NCBI GenBank assembly: GCA_041635475.1
Contig: JBFKVA010000003.1
Span: 18,142-82,141 of the forward strand
From: Acidimicrobiia bacterium
GTDB taxonomy: Bacteria; Actinomycetota; Acidimicrobiia; Spongiisociales; JAENVV01
Direction: 5' to 3'
DNA length: 64,000 nucleotides
The notes under the pieces are model-generated. The model was not told where the DNA came from and made no database searches. It saw nothing but the letters and a program-made list of their open reading frames with translations. The position numbers and the translations under genes were made by a program. Shown piece after piece: positions 30,533 through 40,515 of this stretch (position 1 is the stretch's first letter; every line of letters starts with the position of its first letter).

Positions 30533-31699
30533 TCAGCTCGTTCGCCTCACCTCGATCCCGACGCGGGCGAGCTCGTCGAGGAACGGACCGAACGGCACGT
30601 CGATCAGTGGCGACAGGAGGCCCCGCTTCGTGATGCGGGAGGTGCCGATGAGTGTGGCGACGATGGCGGCGGTGTACCCGGTGGTGCGACCCATGGCGAG
30701 GATCCCGGTGGCCAGGTCGCGCCGGTCCACCACCTCCCAGGTCGAGCGTCCCGGCCTTCCCCCCCGCGAGCCGGCCACCTCCACCCGCACGATCGCGACG
30801 TCGCGTTCGCCGGGGCCGTAGGCCAACCGCGGGCCGAGGGCCTCCGCCAGGAACGCGCGGCGGTGAACCTCCATGCCTGCCACCGTGACCGGGTCGTCAT
30901 CGAGCAGGCCGAGATCGACGAGGTCCTTCCAGAACGCAGCATGCCCGGGCCACCTCATCGAGTAGCGGCCGGCGCGTCGAAGGCCGGCCACCTCGATCCC
31001 GAGCCGCCGGACGTACTCGACGACGTCGCCGTTGGGGAACGCCTCCAGGGTCCCGACCCCGGCGATGTCGACGGTGTGGACGTTGGCAGGTGCGAACATC
31101 TCGTCGGCGGGTACCGGGACCACGCGCCCGTCCTCGATCACCGTGCCCGCTCGGTGATAGGAGTCGAGGACCCCTTGGAACGTCCAGGACACCTTGTACT
31201 TGAGGGGGTTGTCGGCGGCGGCGGGCTCCGGGACACCGGCCCCGTAGCTGACGATCTCATCGATGGAATCCCAACCTCGAGCAGCCTCGCCGAGGAGGAT
31301 GAGGTCGAGGCCGGGGTCGAGGCCGCACTCGGGGATGATCGACACGCCGTTGGCGACTGCCCGGGCCCCGAGCCGAGCCAGGCCCGGTGAGACGAAGAGG
31401 GCATTCACGAGGTGCACCCCCCGGGCCACCGCCGAACGGGCGACCGTCTCGGCGAACCGAGGCGGCAGCAGATCGATGGCCACGTCCACACCGGAACCCA
31501 GGAGTTCGGCGATGGAATCCGGGTCGGCGGCGTCGAGCGAACGGGCAGAAACGCGCTCGTACCCCATCGCCCGGGCGTGGCCCTCGAGGCCCACGAGGTC
31601 GGCGTCGGCCGCGACCACCTCGGACACGGTGTCGTGGTGCATGAGGAAGTGCAGGGCTGCCTTCCCCTGCATCCCCACGCCGAGCAGCAGCACCTTCAT
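30533..31699 (-). CDS. saccharopine dehydrogenase family NAD(P)-binding protein
   Basis: N-terminal Rossmann VLLLGVGMQG. Sacchrp_dh-like architecture. 388 aa. No Cys clusters. Confidence 0.65.
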   Translation of the reverse strand: MKVLLLGVGMQGKAALHFLMHHDTVSEVVAADADLVGLEGHARAMGYERVSARSLDAADPDSIAELLGSGVDVAIDLLPPRFAETVARSAVARGVHLVNALFVSPGLARLGARAVANGVSIIPECGLDPGLDLILLGEAARGWDSIDEIVSYGAGVPEPAAADNPLKYKVSWTFQGVLDSYHRAGTVIEDGRVVPVPADEMFAPANVHTVDIAGVGTLEAFPNGDVVEYVRRLGIEVAGLRRAGRYSMRWPGHAAFWKDLVDLGLLDDDPVTVAGMEVHRRAFLAEALGPRLAYGPGERDVAIVRVEVAGSRGGRPGRSTWEVVDRRDLATGILAMGRTTGYTAAIVATLIGTSRITKRGLLSPLIDVPFGPFLDELARVGIEVRRTS

Positions 31700-31721
31700 C
31701 GCGGGGACGCTACCGAGCCCG

Positions 31722-33002
31722 TCATGGGTGGCCCGTGGGTGCCTCGGGATGAGCGTCCGGGCCGTCGGTCCCGGTGATGATGCGGGCCCCGTGCCGGAAC
31801 GTCAGGTAGCTCCAGGCCCAGGAGAAGAAGACGAACACACGGTTGCGGAAGCCGATGAGGTAGAAGATGTGGACGGCCATCCACAAGGCCCAGGCGACGA
31901 CTCCCCCGAACCGGAGGCGACCGAAGTCGGCGACACCCCGGGCCCGGCCGATCGTTGCCAGGGCACCCTTGTTGCGGTAGCGGAAAGGGCGGCGGGGCCG
32001 GCCCCGCAGGTCGGCGGCCACCTGGTCGGCGACGTGCCGTCCTTGCTGCATGGCCGCCGGCGCCACCCCCGGCACGGTTCGCCCCATCGAGGTGACCGCG
32101 GCCAAATCGCCGATGACGAACACGTTGCGGTGCGCCGCGATCGACAGGTCGGCATTCACGCGGACCCGCCCCGCTCCGTCGCGCTCCGTGCCCAGGGTGG
32201 CCCCCAGGCTGGAGGCAGCCACCCCGGCCGCCCACAGGACGGTGCGGGACCTCACCTGCTCACCACTCGCAAACGTGACCCCTGTCTCGTCGACGTCGGA
32301 GACCATCGTGCCCGTTCTCACCTCGACGCCGAGGTCCTCGAGCTGGCGTCGAGCGCTTCGTGACAGCCGCTCGGGGTACTGCGGAAGGACGCGGCCGGCA
32401 CCCTCGACGAGGATGACCCTCGCCCGGGAGGGGTCGATGCGGTGGAAGTGGCGACCGAGGGAGTGAACGGCGATCTCCTGGATCGCCCCGGCCAGCTCGA
32501 CACCGGTCGGGCCTGCACCGACGATCACGAAGGTGAGCCATTCCTCCTTTCGCTTCGGCTCGAGTTCGGCTTCCTCGAAGGCGCCGAGAATGCGCCGCCG
32601 GATCACCAGGGCGTCCTCCACCGTCTTGAGGCCGGGGGCGACGTCGGCCCATTCGTCCTTGCCGAAGTACGAGTGACGGGCCCCGGTGGCGACGACGAGA
32701 TAGTCGAAGGAGAGGGTAGGACCCCTGCCCAGGGTCACCGTGGTCGCTTCCAGGTCGATCCCGATCACCTCGTCGAGGAGGATCGACGTCACGTTGCGCT
32801 GTCGCTGGAAGATGGCCCTGATCGGGTAGGCGATGTCCGACGGGTTGAGTGCAGCCGACGCCACTTGGTAGAGGAGGGGCTGGAAGAGGTGGAAGTTGCG
32901 CCGATCGATGATCGTGACGTCGACCGGGAGACCGCGCAGGCCCTTGGCGGCGTTGAGGCCGGCAAAGCCGGCGCCAACGACGACGACCCGCGGTCTGCTC
33001 AT
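31722..33002 (-). CDS. ndh: type II NADH:quinone oxidoreductase-like flavoprotein (NDH-2 family)
   Basis: VVVVGAGFAGL FAD site, second Rossmann VIVGAGPTGVELAG, C-terminal amphipathic/membrane helices. Start ATG overlaps selD stop (ATGA). Confidence 0.85.
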   Translation of the reverse strand: MSRPRVVVVGAGFAGLNAAKGLRGLPVDVTIIDRRNFHLFQPLLYQVASAALNPSDIAYPIRAIFQRQRNVTSILLDEVIGIDLEATTVTLGRGPTLSFDYLVVATGARHSYFGKDEWADVAPGLKTVEDALVIRRRILGAFEEAELEPKRKEEWLTFVIVGAGPTGVELAGAIQEIAVHSLGRHFHRIDPSRARVILVEGAGRVLPQYPERLSRSARRQLEDLGVEVRTGTMVSDVDETGVTFASGEQVRSRTVLWAAGVAASSLGATLGTERDGAGRVRVNADLSIAAHRNVFVIGDLAAVTSMGRTVPGVAPAAMQQGRHVADQVAADLRGRPRRPFRYRNKGALATIGRARGVADFGRLRFGGVVAWALWMAVHIFYLIGFRNRVFVFFSWAWSYLTFRHGARIITGTDGPDAHPEAPTGHP

Positions 33003-34021
33003 CGCAGGAGGATCCTGCTCGGTCCGGCGACGACTTCACCCACCACGACGCCGCCCACGGCCAGCAAGGGGGACTCGGCTCCCGGGGCGACCGCCACCAG
33101 GAGACCGCCGCTCGTCTGGGCATCGGCGAGGACGCGGAGGGTCGAGGGGTCCACGTCGTGCGCCTCGGTGTAGGCCAGCGCGGCCTCGTGGTTGCGCTGG
33201 CTCCCGCCCGGCCAGATCCCGTCAGCGGCCAAGCGCTCGACTCCGGGCAGGAACGGGACCGCCGACACCGTGATCACAGCCGACACCCCCGAGGCCACGA
33301 GAAGCTCGTGGAGGTGACCGAGCAACCCAAACCCGGTGACGTCGGTGGCGGCGTGCGCATTGCACGTGAGCATCGCGTCGCCCGCATCCCGGTTGAGGGC
33401 GGACATCGTGGCAACGGCGGTCACGACGAGCTCGGCCGGTGCCACGCCCCGCTTGATGGCCGTCGAGATGATCCCTGTGCCGAGGGGCTTGGTGAGGACG
33501 AGTACGTCGCCCGGCAGGGCCCCGGAGGAGGTCACGTACCGACCGCCCGGCGCAATGCCCGTGACGGCAAACCCGTACTTCGGTTCCCGGTCGTCGATGG
33601 AGTGACCACCGATCACCGTGCACCCGGCGGAGGCCATCACGTCCATCCCGCCCTCGACGACGGCGTCGAGCACGTCGAACGGGAGGTCATCGCGGGGCCA
33701 CCCCACCAACTGGAGCGCCGTGAGTGGGGAACCGCCCATCGCGTACACGTCGCTCAGGGCGTTGGCGGCCGCGATCCGCCCCCAGTCGTAGGCGTCGTCC
33801 ACGACCGGGGTGAAGAAGTCCACTGTCTGGACGAGGATGTCGCCCGAGGGCGCGCGGAAGAGCCCGGCATCGTCGGGGGCCTCGAGCCCGACGACGAGGT
33901 CTGGGTGCCGCGTGGCAGGTGAGTTGTGCAGTGGCGCCAGGACCTGGGCCAATTCAGCGGAGCTGAGCTTGCAGGCTCAACCGGCGCCGTGGCTCCAGGC
34001 GGTGAGGCGAACGGGGTCCAT
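32999..34021 (-). CDS. selD: selenide, water dikinase (selenophosphate synthetase), selenocysteine-containing; in-frame TGA at 33977..33979 read as Sec
   Basis: Six-frame ORF begins only at 33952. Continuing upstream in-frame gives MDPVRLTAWSHGAG-U-ACKLSSAELAQVL, which aligns to E. coli SelD [23 protein letters not shown] with TGA at the Cys17/Sec position. Rest of protein has SelD motifs (FFTPVVDD, DWGRIAAANALSDVYAMGG, TDVTGFGLLGHL, DAQTSGGLL). Confidence 0.85.
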
Positions 34022-34098
34022 GGGCGTCAGGGTACCGGCGGGCCGAGGTCGGCTGGGGGTGGGCCACTCCGATCCGCCCCCACATCGAGCGACCTAGG

Positions 34099-35301
34099 AT
34101 GCCGCCCATGTCTCACGCTGATACCGACAAGCTGGCACTTGATCCCCACGACTTCCTGGCGATCGACTCCGTGCTGTCCGACCAGGAGAAGCTCATTCGC
34201 GACACCGTCAAGGACTGGGTCGGCAAGGAGATCGACCCCCATGTCGGCGAATGGTTCGAGGACGCCACACTCCCCGACGACCTCGGTCGCAAGATGGGCG
34301 AGATCGGCCTCCTCGGCATGCACCTGGAGGGATACGGCTGCGCCGGCACGTCGGCAGTCGAGTACGGGCTGGCCGCCCTCGAGTTGGAGGCCGGGGACTC
34401 CGGGGTTCGGTCGTTCATGAGCGTGCAGGGGTCGCTCGCCATGTTCCCGATCTGGAAGTACGGCTCGGAGGAGCAGAAGGAAACCTGGCTGCCGGGCATG
34501 GCCACCGGCGACCTCATCGGGTGCTTCGGCTTGACCGAGCCCGATTCCGGCTCGGACGCCGCCAACATGCGGACCACGGCCCGCCAGGGACCGGGGGGCG
34601 ACTGGATCCTCAACGGGACGAAGATGTGGATCACGAACGGCAACGTCGCCGACGTCGCCGTCGTGTGGGCCCGGGCGGACGACGGAACGATCCGGGGCTT
34701 CATCATCCCCACCGACACGGCCGGGTTCAGTGCCAACAAGATCGTCCACAAGATGTCATTGCGGGCGTCGCACACTGCCGAACTCGTGATGGACGACGTC
34801 CGACTCCCCGCGGACGCGGTGCTCCCGGGCGTGGCCAGCATGCGTGGTCCGCTCTCGTGTCTCTCCGAGGCTCGATTCGGGATTCTCTTCGGGGCGATGG
34901 GCGCGGCCCGCTCGTGCTACGAGGCCGCACTCGCCTACGCCCAGGAGCGGGAGGCCTTCGGTGGCCCGATCTCACGCTTCCAACTCACCCAGCAGCGCCT
35001 CGTCGAGATGCTCGTGCGCGTCAACCGGGGAACGCTCCTCGCCCTCCATCTCGGCCGCCTCAAGGACGAGGGCCGCCTGGCTCCCGCCCAGGTCTCCTTC
35101 GGCAAGATGGACAACGTGCGAGAGGCGATGTGGGTGGCTCGCGAGGCCAGGTCCCTCATGGGCGCCAACGGCATCACCCTGGAGTACGCCCCGATCCGCC
35201 ACATGGTGAACCTCGAGAGCGTGTACACGTACGAGGGCACGAACGAGATCCACCAACTCATCCTCGGACAGGCGATCACGGGGCACGCGGCCTTCAGTTG
35301 A
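34099..35301 (+). CDS. acyl-CoA dehydrogenase (glutaryl-CoA dehydrogenase-like)
   Basis: ACAD N/M/C domains (GCFGLTEPDSGSDA, WITNG, YEGTNEIHQLILGQAITG). 400 aa. Closest in pattern to GcdH. Confidence 0.85.
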   Translation: MPPMSHADTDKLALDPHDFLAIDSVLSDQEKLIRDTVKDWVGKEIDPHVGEWFEDATLPDDLGRKMGEIGLLGMHLEGYGCAGTSAVEYGLAALELEAGDSGVRSFMSVQGSLAMFPIWKYGSEEQKETWLPGMATGDLIGCFGLTEPDSGSDAANMRTTARQGPGGDWILNGTKMWITNGNVADVAVVWARADDGTIRGFIIPTDTAGFSANKIVHKMSLRASHTAELVMDDVRLPADAVLPGVASMRGPLSCLSEARFGILFGAMGAARSCYEAALAYAQEREAFGGPISRFQLTQQRLVEMLVRVNRGTLLALHLGRLKDEGRLAPAQVSFGKMDNVREAMWVAREARSLMGANGITLEYAPIRHMVNLESVYTYEGTNEIHQLILGQAITGHAAFS

Positions 35302-36185
35302 GAAGGAGCCAGTACGTCGGCCTGGCGTGGGCCGGGGTCTCGTCGATCCTGTTCGGGACCGCCCTCACGGTGGCCGGGGCGACCTTCGAATTCCTTGATC
35401 CGCTCGAAGTGATCGCGGTGAGAATGGTCGGCGGCGGCCTCATCTGCCTGCCGTTCGTGGCCGGTCACCGGTTCCGGTTCGGTCGGGACTTCCGGTATGT
35501 GCTGCTCATCGGCGCCGGGATGGCGATGCTCAACCTCGCCATCTATTCGGCGATCACGCGCATCGGGGTGGGGCCGGCCGCTGGACTCCAGTTCCTGGGA
35601 CCCGCCTTCGTCGTGGTCTGGAAGCGGGTCCGGCACCACATCCGCTACGGCTGGCGCATGGGGGCGGCGGTCACCGTCGGGGTCACCGGCGCCGCCCTCC
35701 TGGGCAAGGCGTGGATCGTCGAGTCGTTCGACGCCATCGGGATCGCCCTGGCGCTGGGGTCGGGGTTGGGGTTGGCCGTCTACCTCGTGATCGCCGAGGA
35801 CCTCAACCAGCGCCATTCGCCCCTGTCGGTGACGACGGCGGCGATGGTCATCGGTGGGGTGACCATGCTTGCGTTCGTTCCCCTCGATCTCATGGAGCGG
35901 GTGCCGCCCACCGGCTGGTGGCTGATCGCCTGGATTGCCACGCTGGGGATGGCCGTCCCGTTCCTCATCGAGGTCACGGCCCTGCGGACGGCACCTGCCG
36001 AGAAGGTGGGCCTCGTGATCACGCTCGAGCCGTTCTCGGCCGCCTTCTCGGCGTGGCTCTTCCTGGCCGAGACCCTCCACGGGCTGCAGGTCGTCGGCAT
36101 GCTCATGGTCGTCGTCGCCGTGGTCGTGAGCGGCCGTCTCCGGCCGCACACGATCGGGCCGAGCAGGACCCGGCGGGTGACGTGA
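35298..36185 (+). CDS. EamA/DMT-family transporter
   Basis: 10-TM protein with duplicated EamA halves. Start assigned to TTG overlapping the upstream stop (TTGA), hence start uncertain. Confidence 0.65.
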   Translation: MRRSQYVGLAWAGVSSILFGTALTVAGATFEFLDPLEVIAVRMVGGGLICLPFVAGHRFRFGRDFRYVLLIGAGMAMLNLAIYSAITRIGVGPAAGLQFLGPAFVVVWKRVRHHIRYGWRMGAAVTVGVTGAALLGKAWIVESFDAIGIALALGSGLGLAVYLVIAEDLNQRHSPLSVTTAAMVIGGVTMLAFVPLDLMERVPPTGWWLIAWIATLGMAVPFLIEVTALRTAPAEKVGLVITLEPFSAAFSAWLFLAETLHGLQVVGMLMVVVAVVVSGRLRPHTIGPSRTRRVT

Positions 36186-36191
36186 GGGAGG

Positions 36192-37217
36192 TCACCACTC
36201 CAGGAGGACCTTCCCGCACTCCCCGGAAGCGACGAGGTCGAACGCCTGCTCATACTCGTCGAACGCGAACCTGTGGGTGATGACGGGCCTGATGTCGAGT
36301 CCGCTCTGCAGCATGGCCGCCATCTTGTACCAGGTCTCGAAGATCCTCCGTCCGTAGATCCCCTGCATCGTGAGGCCCTTGAAGATGACATCGTTGAGGT
36401 CGAGGGTGACGTGCTTGGAGGGGATGCCCAGGATCGCCACCCGTCCCCCGTGGTTCATGACGTCGAGCAGTTGGTTGATGGCCGTTTCGTGCCCCGACAT
36501 CTCCAGGCCGACATCGAAGCCTTCGGTCATGCCGAGATCTGCCATGACGGAGGTCGGGTCCTCGTTGCGCACATCGATGACCCGGTCGGCCCCCAACTCG
36601 GCTGCCAGCCGTAGCCGATAGGGGTTGACGTCGGTGACCACGACGTGCCGGGCCCCGATGTGATGGGCGATCGCGGTGGCCATCATCCCGATCGGGCCAG
36701 CCCCGGTGATGAGGACGTCCTCTCCGACCATGTCGTAGGCCAGGGCCGTGTGGGTGGCGTTGCCGAGTGGATCGAGGATGGCCGCCACGTCGTCGTCGAT
36801 GTGGTCCGGGAGCGGGAACACGTTGGCGGCCGGGATGACGAGGTACTCGGCGAACGCACCATCACGGGTCACGCCGACCCCTCGATGGTTGTGACAGAAG
36901 TTGCGACGGCCACCCCGGCAATTGCGGCAGTGCCCGCAGGTGATGTGTCCTTCGCCGGACACCCGTTGACCCACGTCGAGGCCGTCCACGTCGGCGCCGA
37001 GTCGAACGATCTCGCCCGTGAACTCGTGCCCGACGATCATGGGGACAGGGATCGTGGCCTGGGCCCACTCGTCCCAGCGCATGATGTGGAGATCCGTGCC
37101 ACAGATCGACGCCTTGGCCACCCTGATGAGGACGTCGTCGTCGCCGGGACGCGGGACCTCTTCGTCGTCCGAGAAGCGCAGGCCCGGTTCGGGCAGGGCC
37201 TTGAGGAGTGCCCGCAT
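36192..37217 (-). CDS. tdh: L-threonine 3-dehydrogenase (Zn-dependent)
   Basis: Zn-ADH motifs [29 protein letters not shown], Rossmann [10 protein letters not shown]. Confidence 0.9.
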   Translation of the reverse strand: MRALLKALPEPGLRFSDDEEVPRPGDDDVLIRVAKASICGTDLHIMRWDEWAQATIPVPMIVGHEFTGEIVRLGADVDGLDVGQRVSGEGHITCGHCRNCRGGRRNFCHNHRGVGVTRDGAFAEYLVIPAANVFPLPDHIDDDVAAILDPLGNATHTALAYDMVGEDVLITGAGPIGMMATAIAHHIGARHVVVTDVNPYRLRLAAELGADRVIDVRNEDPTSVMADLGMTEGFDVGLEMSGHETAINQLLDVMNHGGRVAILGIPSKHVTLDLNDVIFKGLTMQGIYGRRIFETWYKMAAMLQSGLDIRPVITHRFAFDEYEQAFDLVASGECGKVLLEW

Positions 37218-38398
37218 CAGATGACCCCCAGGTCGCGGCCGACCTTGACGAAGGCGTCGACGGCCGCGTCAACGTGGGCCGTGGTGTGGGCGGCCGACAT
37301 CTGGGTTCGGATCCGGGCCTGGCCGCGGGGAACGACCGGGAACGAGAACCCGACGACGTAGACGCCCTCGTCGAGGAGTCGGTCCGCCATCTCGGTCGCC
37401 AACGCCGCGTCCCCGATCATCACCGGGATGATCGGGTGCCCGGAGCCGGCCAGGGTGAAACCGGACCGGGCCATCCGCTCCCGGAACCGGGCGGAGTTGG
37501 CGTGCAGCGACTGGCGAAGATCGCCACTCTCGGCGAGCAGATCGAGGACCCGCAGGGAGGTGACGGCGATGACGGGGGCGAGGCTGTTGGAGAACAGGTA
37601 CGGACGCGACCGCTGACGCAGCCACCCGATGATCTCCGACCGTCCTGAGGTGTAGCCGCCGGACGCCCCTCCCAGGGCCTTGCCGAGGGTGCCGGTCACG
37701 ATGTCGACGCGGTCCTGGGTTCCGCTCGCCTCGGGTGTTCCGCCGCCGTTCTCCCCGACGAACCCCACGGCGTGCGAATCGTCGACCATCACGATGGCGT
37801 CGTGGCGGTCGGCCAGTTCGCAGATGGCCGGCAGGTCGGCGATGACACCGTCCATCGAGAAGACCCCGTCGGTGGCGATGAGCCGATAGCGGGCCCCCGA
37901 GGCCGCCTGCAGTTGGGCCTCCAGGTCTGCCATGTCGTTGTTGGCGTAGCGATACCGCCGAGCCTTCGAGAGCCTCACTCCGTCGATGATCGAGGCGTGG
38001 TTGAGGGCGTCGGAGATGACGGCGTCCTCCTCGTCGAGGATCGTCTCGAAGAGCCCGCCGTTGGCGTCGAAGCAGGAGGAGTAGAGGATCGTGTCGTCGG
38101 TCCGCAGGAACCGGCTGATCCGGTGCTCCAGTTCCCTGTGGACCGTGTTGGTCCCGCAGATGAAGCGCACCGACGCCATGCCGTATCCGTGCGTGTCGAG
38201 GGCCGCTTGGGCGGCGGCCACCAGGTCGGGGTGGTTGGCGAGGCCGAGGTAGTTGTTGGCGCACAGGTTGATGGCCCGGCTGCCGTCGGCCAGGGTGATG
38301 ACGGCGTCCTGGGGGGAGTCGAGCAGGCGTTCCTGCTTGTGGAGCCCCTCCCGCCGGAGGTCGTCGGTTCGGCCCGCGAGGTCCTCGAGGAATCGCAT
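37217..38398 (-). CDS. kbl: glycine C-acetyltransferase (2-amino-3-ketobutyrate CoA ligase)
   Basis: Class-II aminotransferase-like PLP enzyme, 393 aa, immediately upstream of tdh. PLP-Lys region [13 protein letters not shown]. Confidence 0.9.
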   Translation of the reverse strand: MRFLEDLAGRTDDLRREGLHKQERLLDSPQDAVITLADGSRAINLCANNYLGLANHPDLVAAAQAALDTHGYGMASVRFICGTNTVHRELEHRISRFLRTDDTILYSSCFDANGGLFETILDEEDAVISDALNHASIIDGVRLSKARRYRYANNDMADLEAQLQAASGARYRLIATDGVFSMDGVIADLPAICELADRHDAIVMVDDSHAVGFVGENGGGTPEASGTQDRVDIVTGTLGKALGGASGGYTSGRSEIIGWLRQRSRPYLFSNSLAPVIAVTSLRVLDLLAESGDLRQSLHANSARFRERMARSGFTLAGSGHPIIPVMIGDAALATEMADRLLDEGVYVVGFSFPVVPRGQARIRTQMSAAHTTAHVDAAVDAFVKVGRDLGVI

Positions 38399-38407
38399 GG
38401 TGGAAGC

Positions 38408-39157
38408 CTACGACGTCGAACGAGTCCGATCCGTCGGCCGGCCGGCTCCGCGTCGGCGCCGACTCAGCAACTCGGGGAGGCCCAGGGCCACGCCGGTTGC
38501 TCCCGCGGCCGCGGCAGTTCCACCTCCGACGAGGACCTCCGGGAGCGCAGCCGGGATCGTGTCGCAGACGCACACGACATCGTCCTCGGGGTGGGGTTCG
38601 ACGATGCCGGTGCCGGGTGTCTCGCCGGTCGCGGCCTCCACGATGTGGTGCATCCGCTCGACGAGGAGCTCGGTGTAGTCGTCGCGGCTGTATCCGTATG
38701 ACTCATCGGACATCCCTCCGATGAGGTGGGCCCCGGCGTGGGTGAACGCCAGTTGGGCGAACTCGAACCGGGCGATCCACGCCCCGTCACCGAGGGCAGG
38801 GAACGCAGCGACCGCGGTCGCCGCGTCGGCGGAGGTACGGAGGGCGTCGCTGGCGGCCTTGGCATCCGCCGCCGACCCCATGCGGTAGATCCCCACCGAG
38901 ATCATCGTGCCGTCGAAGTACTGCCATCGGTTGGCGCACCCGGCGACGGCGCCGGGCACGACGACGTCGAAGGGCTCGAGCCCGAGGATCGTGAGTTCCA
39001 TGTCGACCCCCGTCGCCCCCAGCATCCAGCTGCCATCAGCCGGGGTCAGGTCGCACATCGCTTCGTCGGCGGGGTCCGCCATGGTCTGGGCGAAGGCCGT
39101 GACCGGGGTCACCAAGACTGCGGCGCAGACGCCGACAACGACAGCCAACCTCTTCAC
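38408..39157 (-). CDS. secreted hypothetical protein
   Basis: Signal peptide MKRLAVVVGVCAAVLVTPVTAFA. No known domain. Confidence 0.45.
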   Translation of the reverse strand: MKRLAVVVGVCAAVLVTPVTAFAQTMADPADEAMCDLTPADGSWMLGATGVDMELTILGLEPFDVVVPGAVAGCANRWQYFDGTMISVGIYRMGSAADAKAASDALRTSADAATAVAAFPALGDGAWIARFEFAQLAFTHAGAHLIGGMSDESYGYSRDDYTELLVERMHHIVEAATGETPGTGIVEPHPEDDVVCVCDTIPAALPEVLVGGGTAAAAGATGVALGLPELLSRRRRGAGRPTDRTRSTS

Positions 39158-39232
39158 GTCACGCGCTCCCTCAACCCACGATGATCGTCCCCGACCATAC
39201 CGCGACGGTGGCGCCGACGCCCGTCAGCGAGC

Positions 39233-39640
39233 TCAGTAGGTGCGGAAACCCCACTCGAGCTCATCGACCGTCACCACACCCGAAGTGCTCTCGATGAGCA
39301 CCCGCACCCGTTGATCCTGTGCCCACTCCACGAGGGTCCGGCCCGGACCGGGGGCCCATACGAAGACCCCGTTGACGGCGCCACCGCGATCGACTTCGTC
39401 CAGGGGGACCTCGATGAACACTCCGTCGACGGGTACGAAGATCCGCACCTCATAGCCCGGCTCGACGTCGACGGTGAGGGGGACCTGACGGGGCACCTGG
39501 TCGCCGGGGCCGGGAGCCAGTCGTTCGACCTGGGGGGGAATGGCGAGTTCGTCGCCGTGCGGCCAGTAGGCCCACGCCACGGCAACCGTCGCCACGAGGA
39601 GCAGACCCAGTCCGGTCATGACGAGGCGGTGTCGGTCCAT
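39233..39640 (-). CDS. hypothetical N-terminally membrane-anchored protein
   Basis: 135 aa, single N-terminal TM helix then soluble domain. Confidence 0.4.
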   Translation of the reverse strand: MDRHRLVMTGLGLLLVATVAVAWAYWPHGDELAIPPQVERLAPGPGDQVPRQVPLTVDVEPGYEVRIFVPVDGVFIEVPLDEVDRGGAVNGVFVWAPGPGRTLVEWAQDQRVRVLIESTSGVVTVDELEWGFRTY

Positions 39641-39735
39641 GAGTATCGATTCTCGCCCATCCGGACGGTTACCGGCCGGATCGAGAGCCCGCCACCGCCG
39701 GCACCGGAGGAGGGGTGCCGGCGGCTGGAGCCCAC

Positions 39736-40515
39736 CTACTCGACGCCGAGCACGAAGTCACCCGAGACCGAGGCGAACGAGAGCCGACGCTCGATCCTCG
39801 TTTCACCGGCCGGTGGGGAGGGCGTGTCCGGCAGACGGATGTCGCCGGACATCGACCGGAGGCTGAGGTCCGCCCGGGTCCCGGTGGGGACTGCGAGCCG
39901 GGCACTGCCCGACACCGTCCTGATCCACAGGTCGTGGCCGGTCCACAGTCCGAGGATGATGTCCCCGGACGCCGACTTGGCCCGGACGTCGCCGGATGCC
40001 TTCTCGATCCGCACGTCGCCCGAGGCGGTGTTCACCTGGAGGTCACCTCTGACCTTCTTGACCCGGACGTCACCGGAGGCGAGGCTGGCCTTGACGGCTC
40101 CCCCGACCACCGAGGCGCTGATGTCACCGGAGGCCGACTTGGCCTCGAGACTCCCGGCCACCTTGGCGAGACGGAGATCCCCGGAGGCAGTGCTGCACCT
40201 GACCTCTCCCAACCCGACGTCTGCCAGGAGGTTGGCCGATGCCGTGGCAAGCCGCAGGTCGGATCCCGTCGGCAGCTGGACCCGGATGGTCACGCCACCC
40301 CCGAAGCCGAGGAATCTCCGGTCATGGTCCTTGTGGGAAATCGTGATGTCGTCGCCGACCGCGGTCACCTCCACCTGGTCCGCGCCCTTGCCCTCGACCT
40401 CGACCGTGACCGTGGGGTCGGGTGACTCGGTCAGGCGGACGGTGCCACTGGGGACGGTGACAACGAGGTTGGCGGTTTCGCCGCTGAGGGCGAACCGTTC
40501 GGTGATGGGTGTCAT
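39736..40515 (-). CDS. DUF4097 (LiaG/YvlB-like putative adhesin beta-helix) domain protein
   Basis: Repeated ASGD[IV]R[AILV]... strands (SASGDIS, ASGDVRVKKV, ASGDVRIEKA, ASGDVRAKSA, ASGDIILG) characteristic of DUF4097. Confidence 0.65.
   Translation of the reverse strand: MTPITERFALSGETANLVVTVPSGTVRLTESPDPTVTVEVEGKGADQVEVTAVGDDITISHKDHDRRFLGFGGGVTIRVQLPTGSDLRLATASANLLADVGLGEVRCSTASGDLRLAKVAGSLEAKSASGDISASVVGGAVKASLASGDVRVKKVRGDLQVNTASGDVRIEKASGDVRAKSASGDIILGLWTGHDLWIRTVSGSARLAVPTGTRADLSLRSMSGDIRLPDTPSPPAGETRIERRLSFASVSGDFVLGVE

Noticed and set aside
30533-33002. Saccharopine-DH-like or NDH-2-like protein as the missing BoxA
   Set aside because: Neither has the double [4Fe-4S] Cys clusters or ferredoxin-NADP-reductase module of BoxA. 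Kept as separate annotations.
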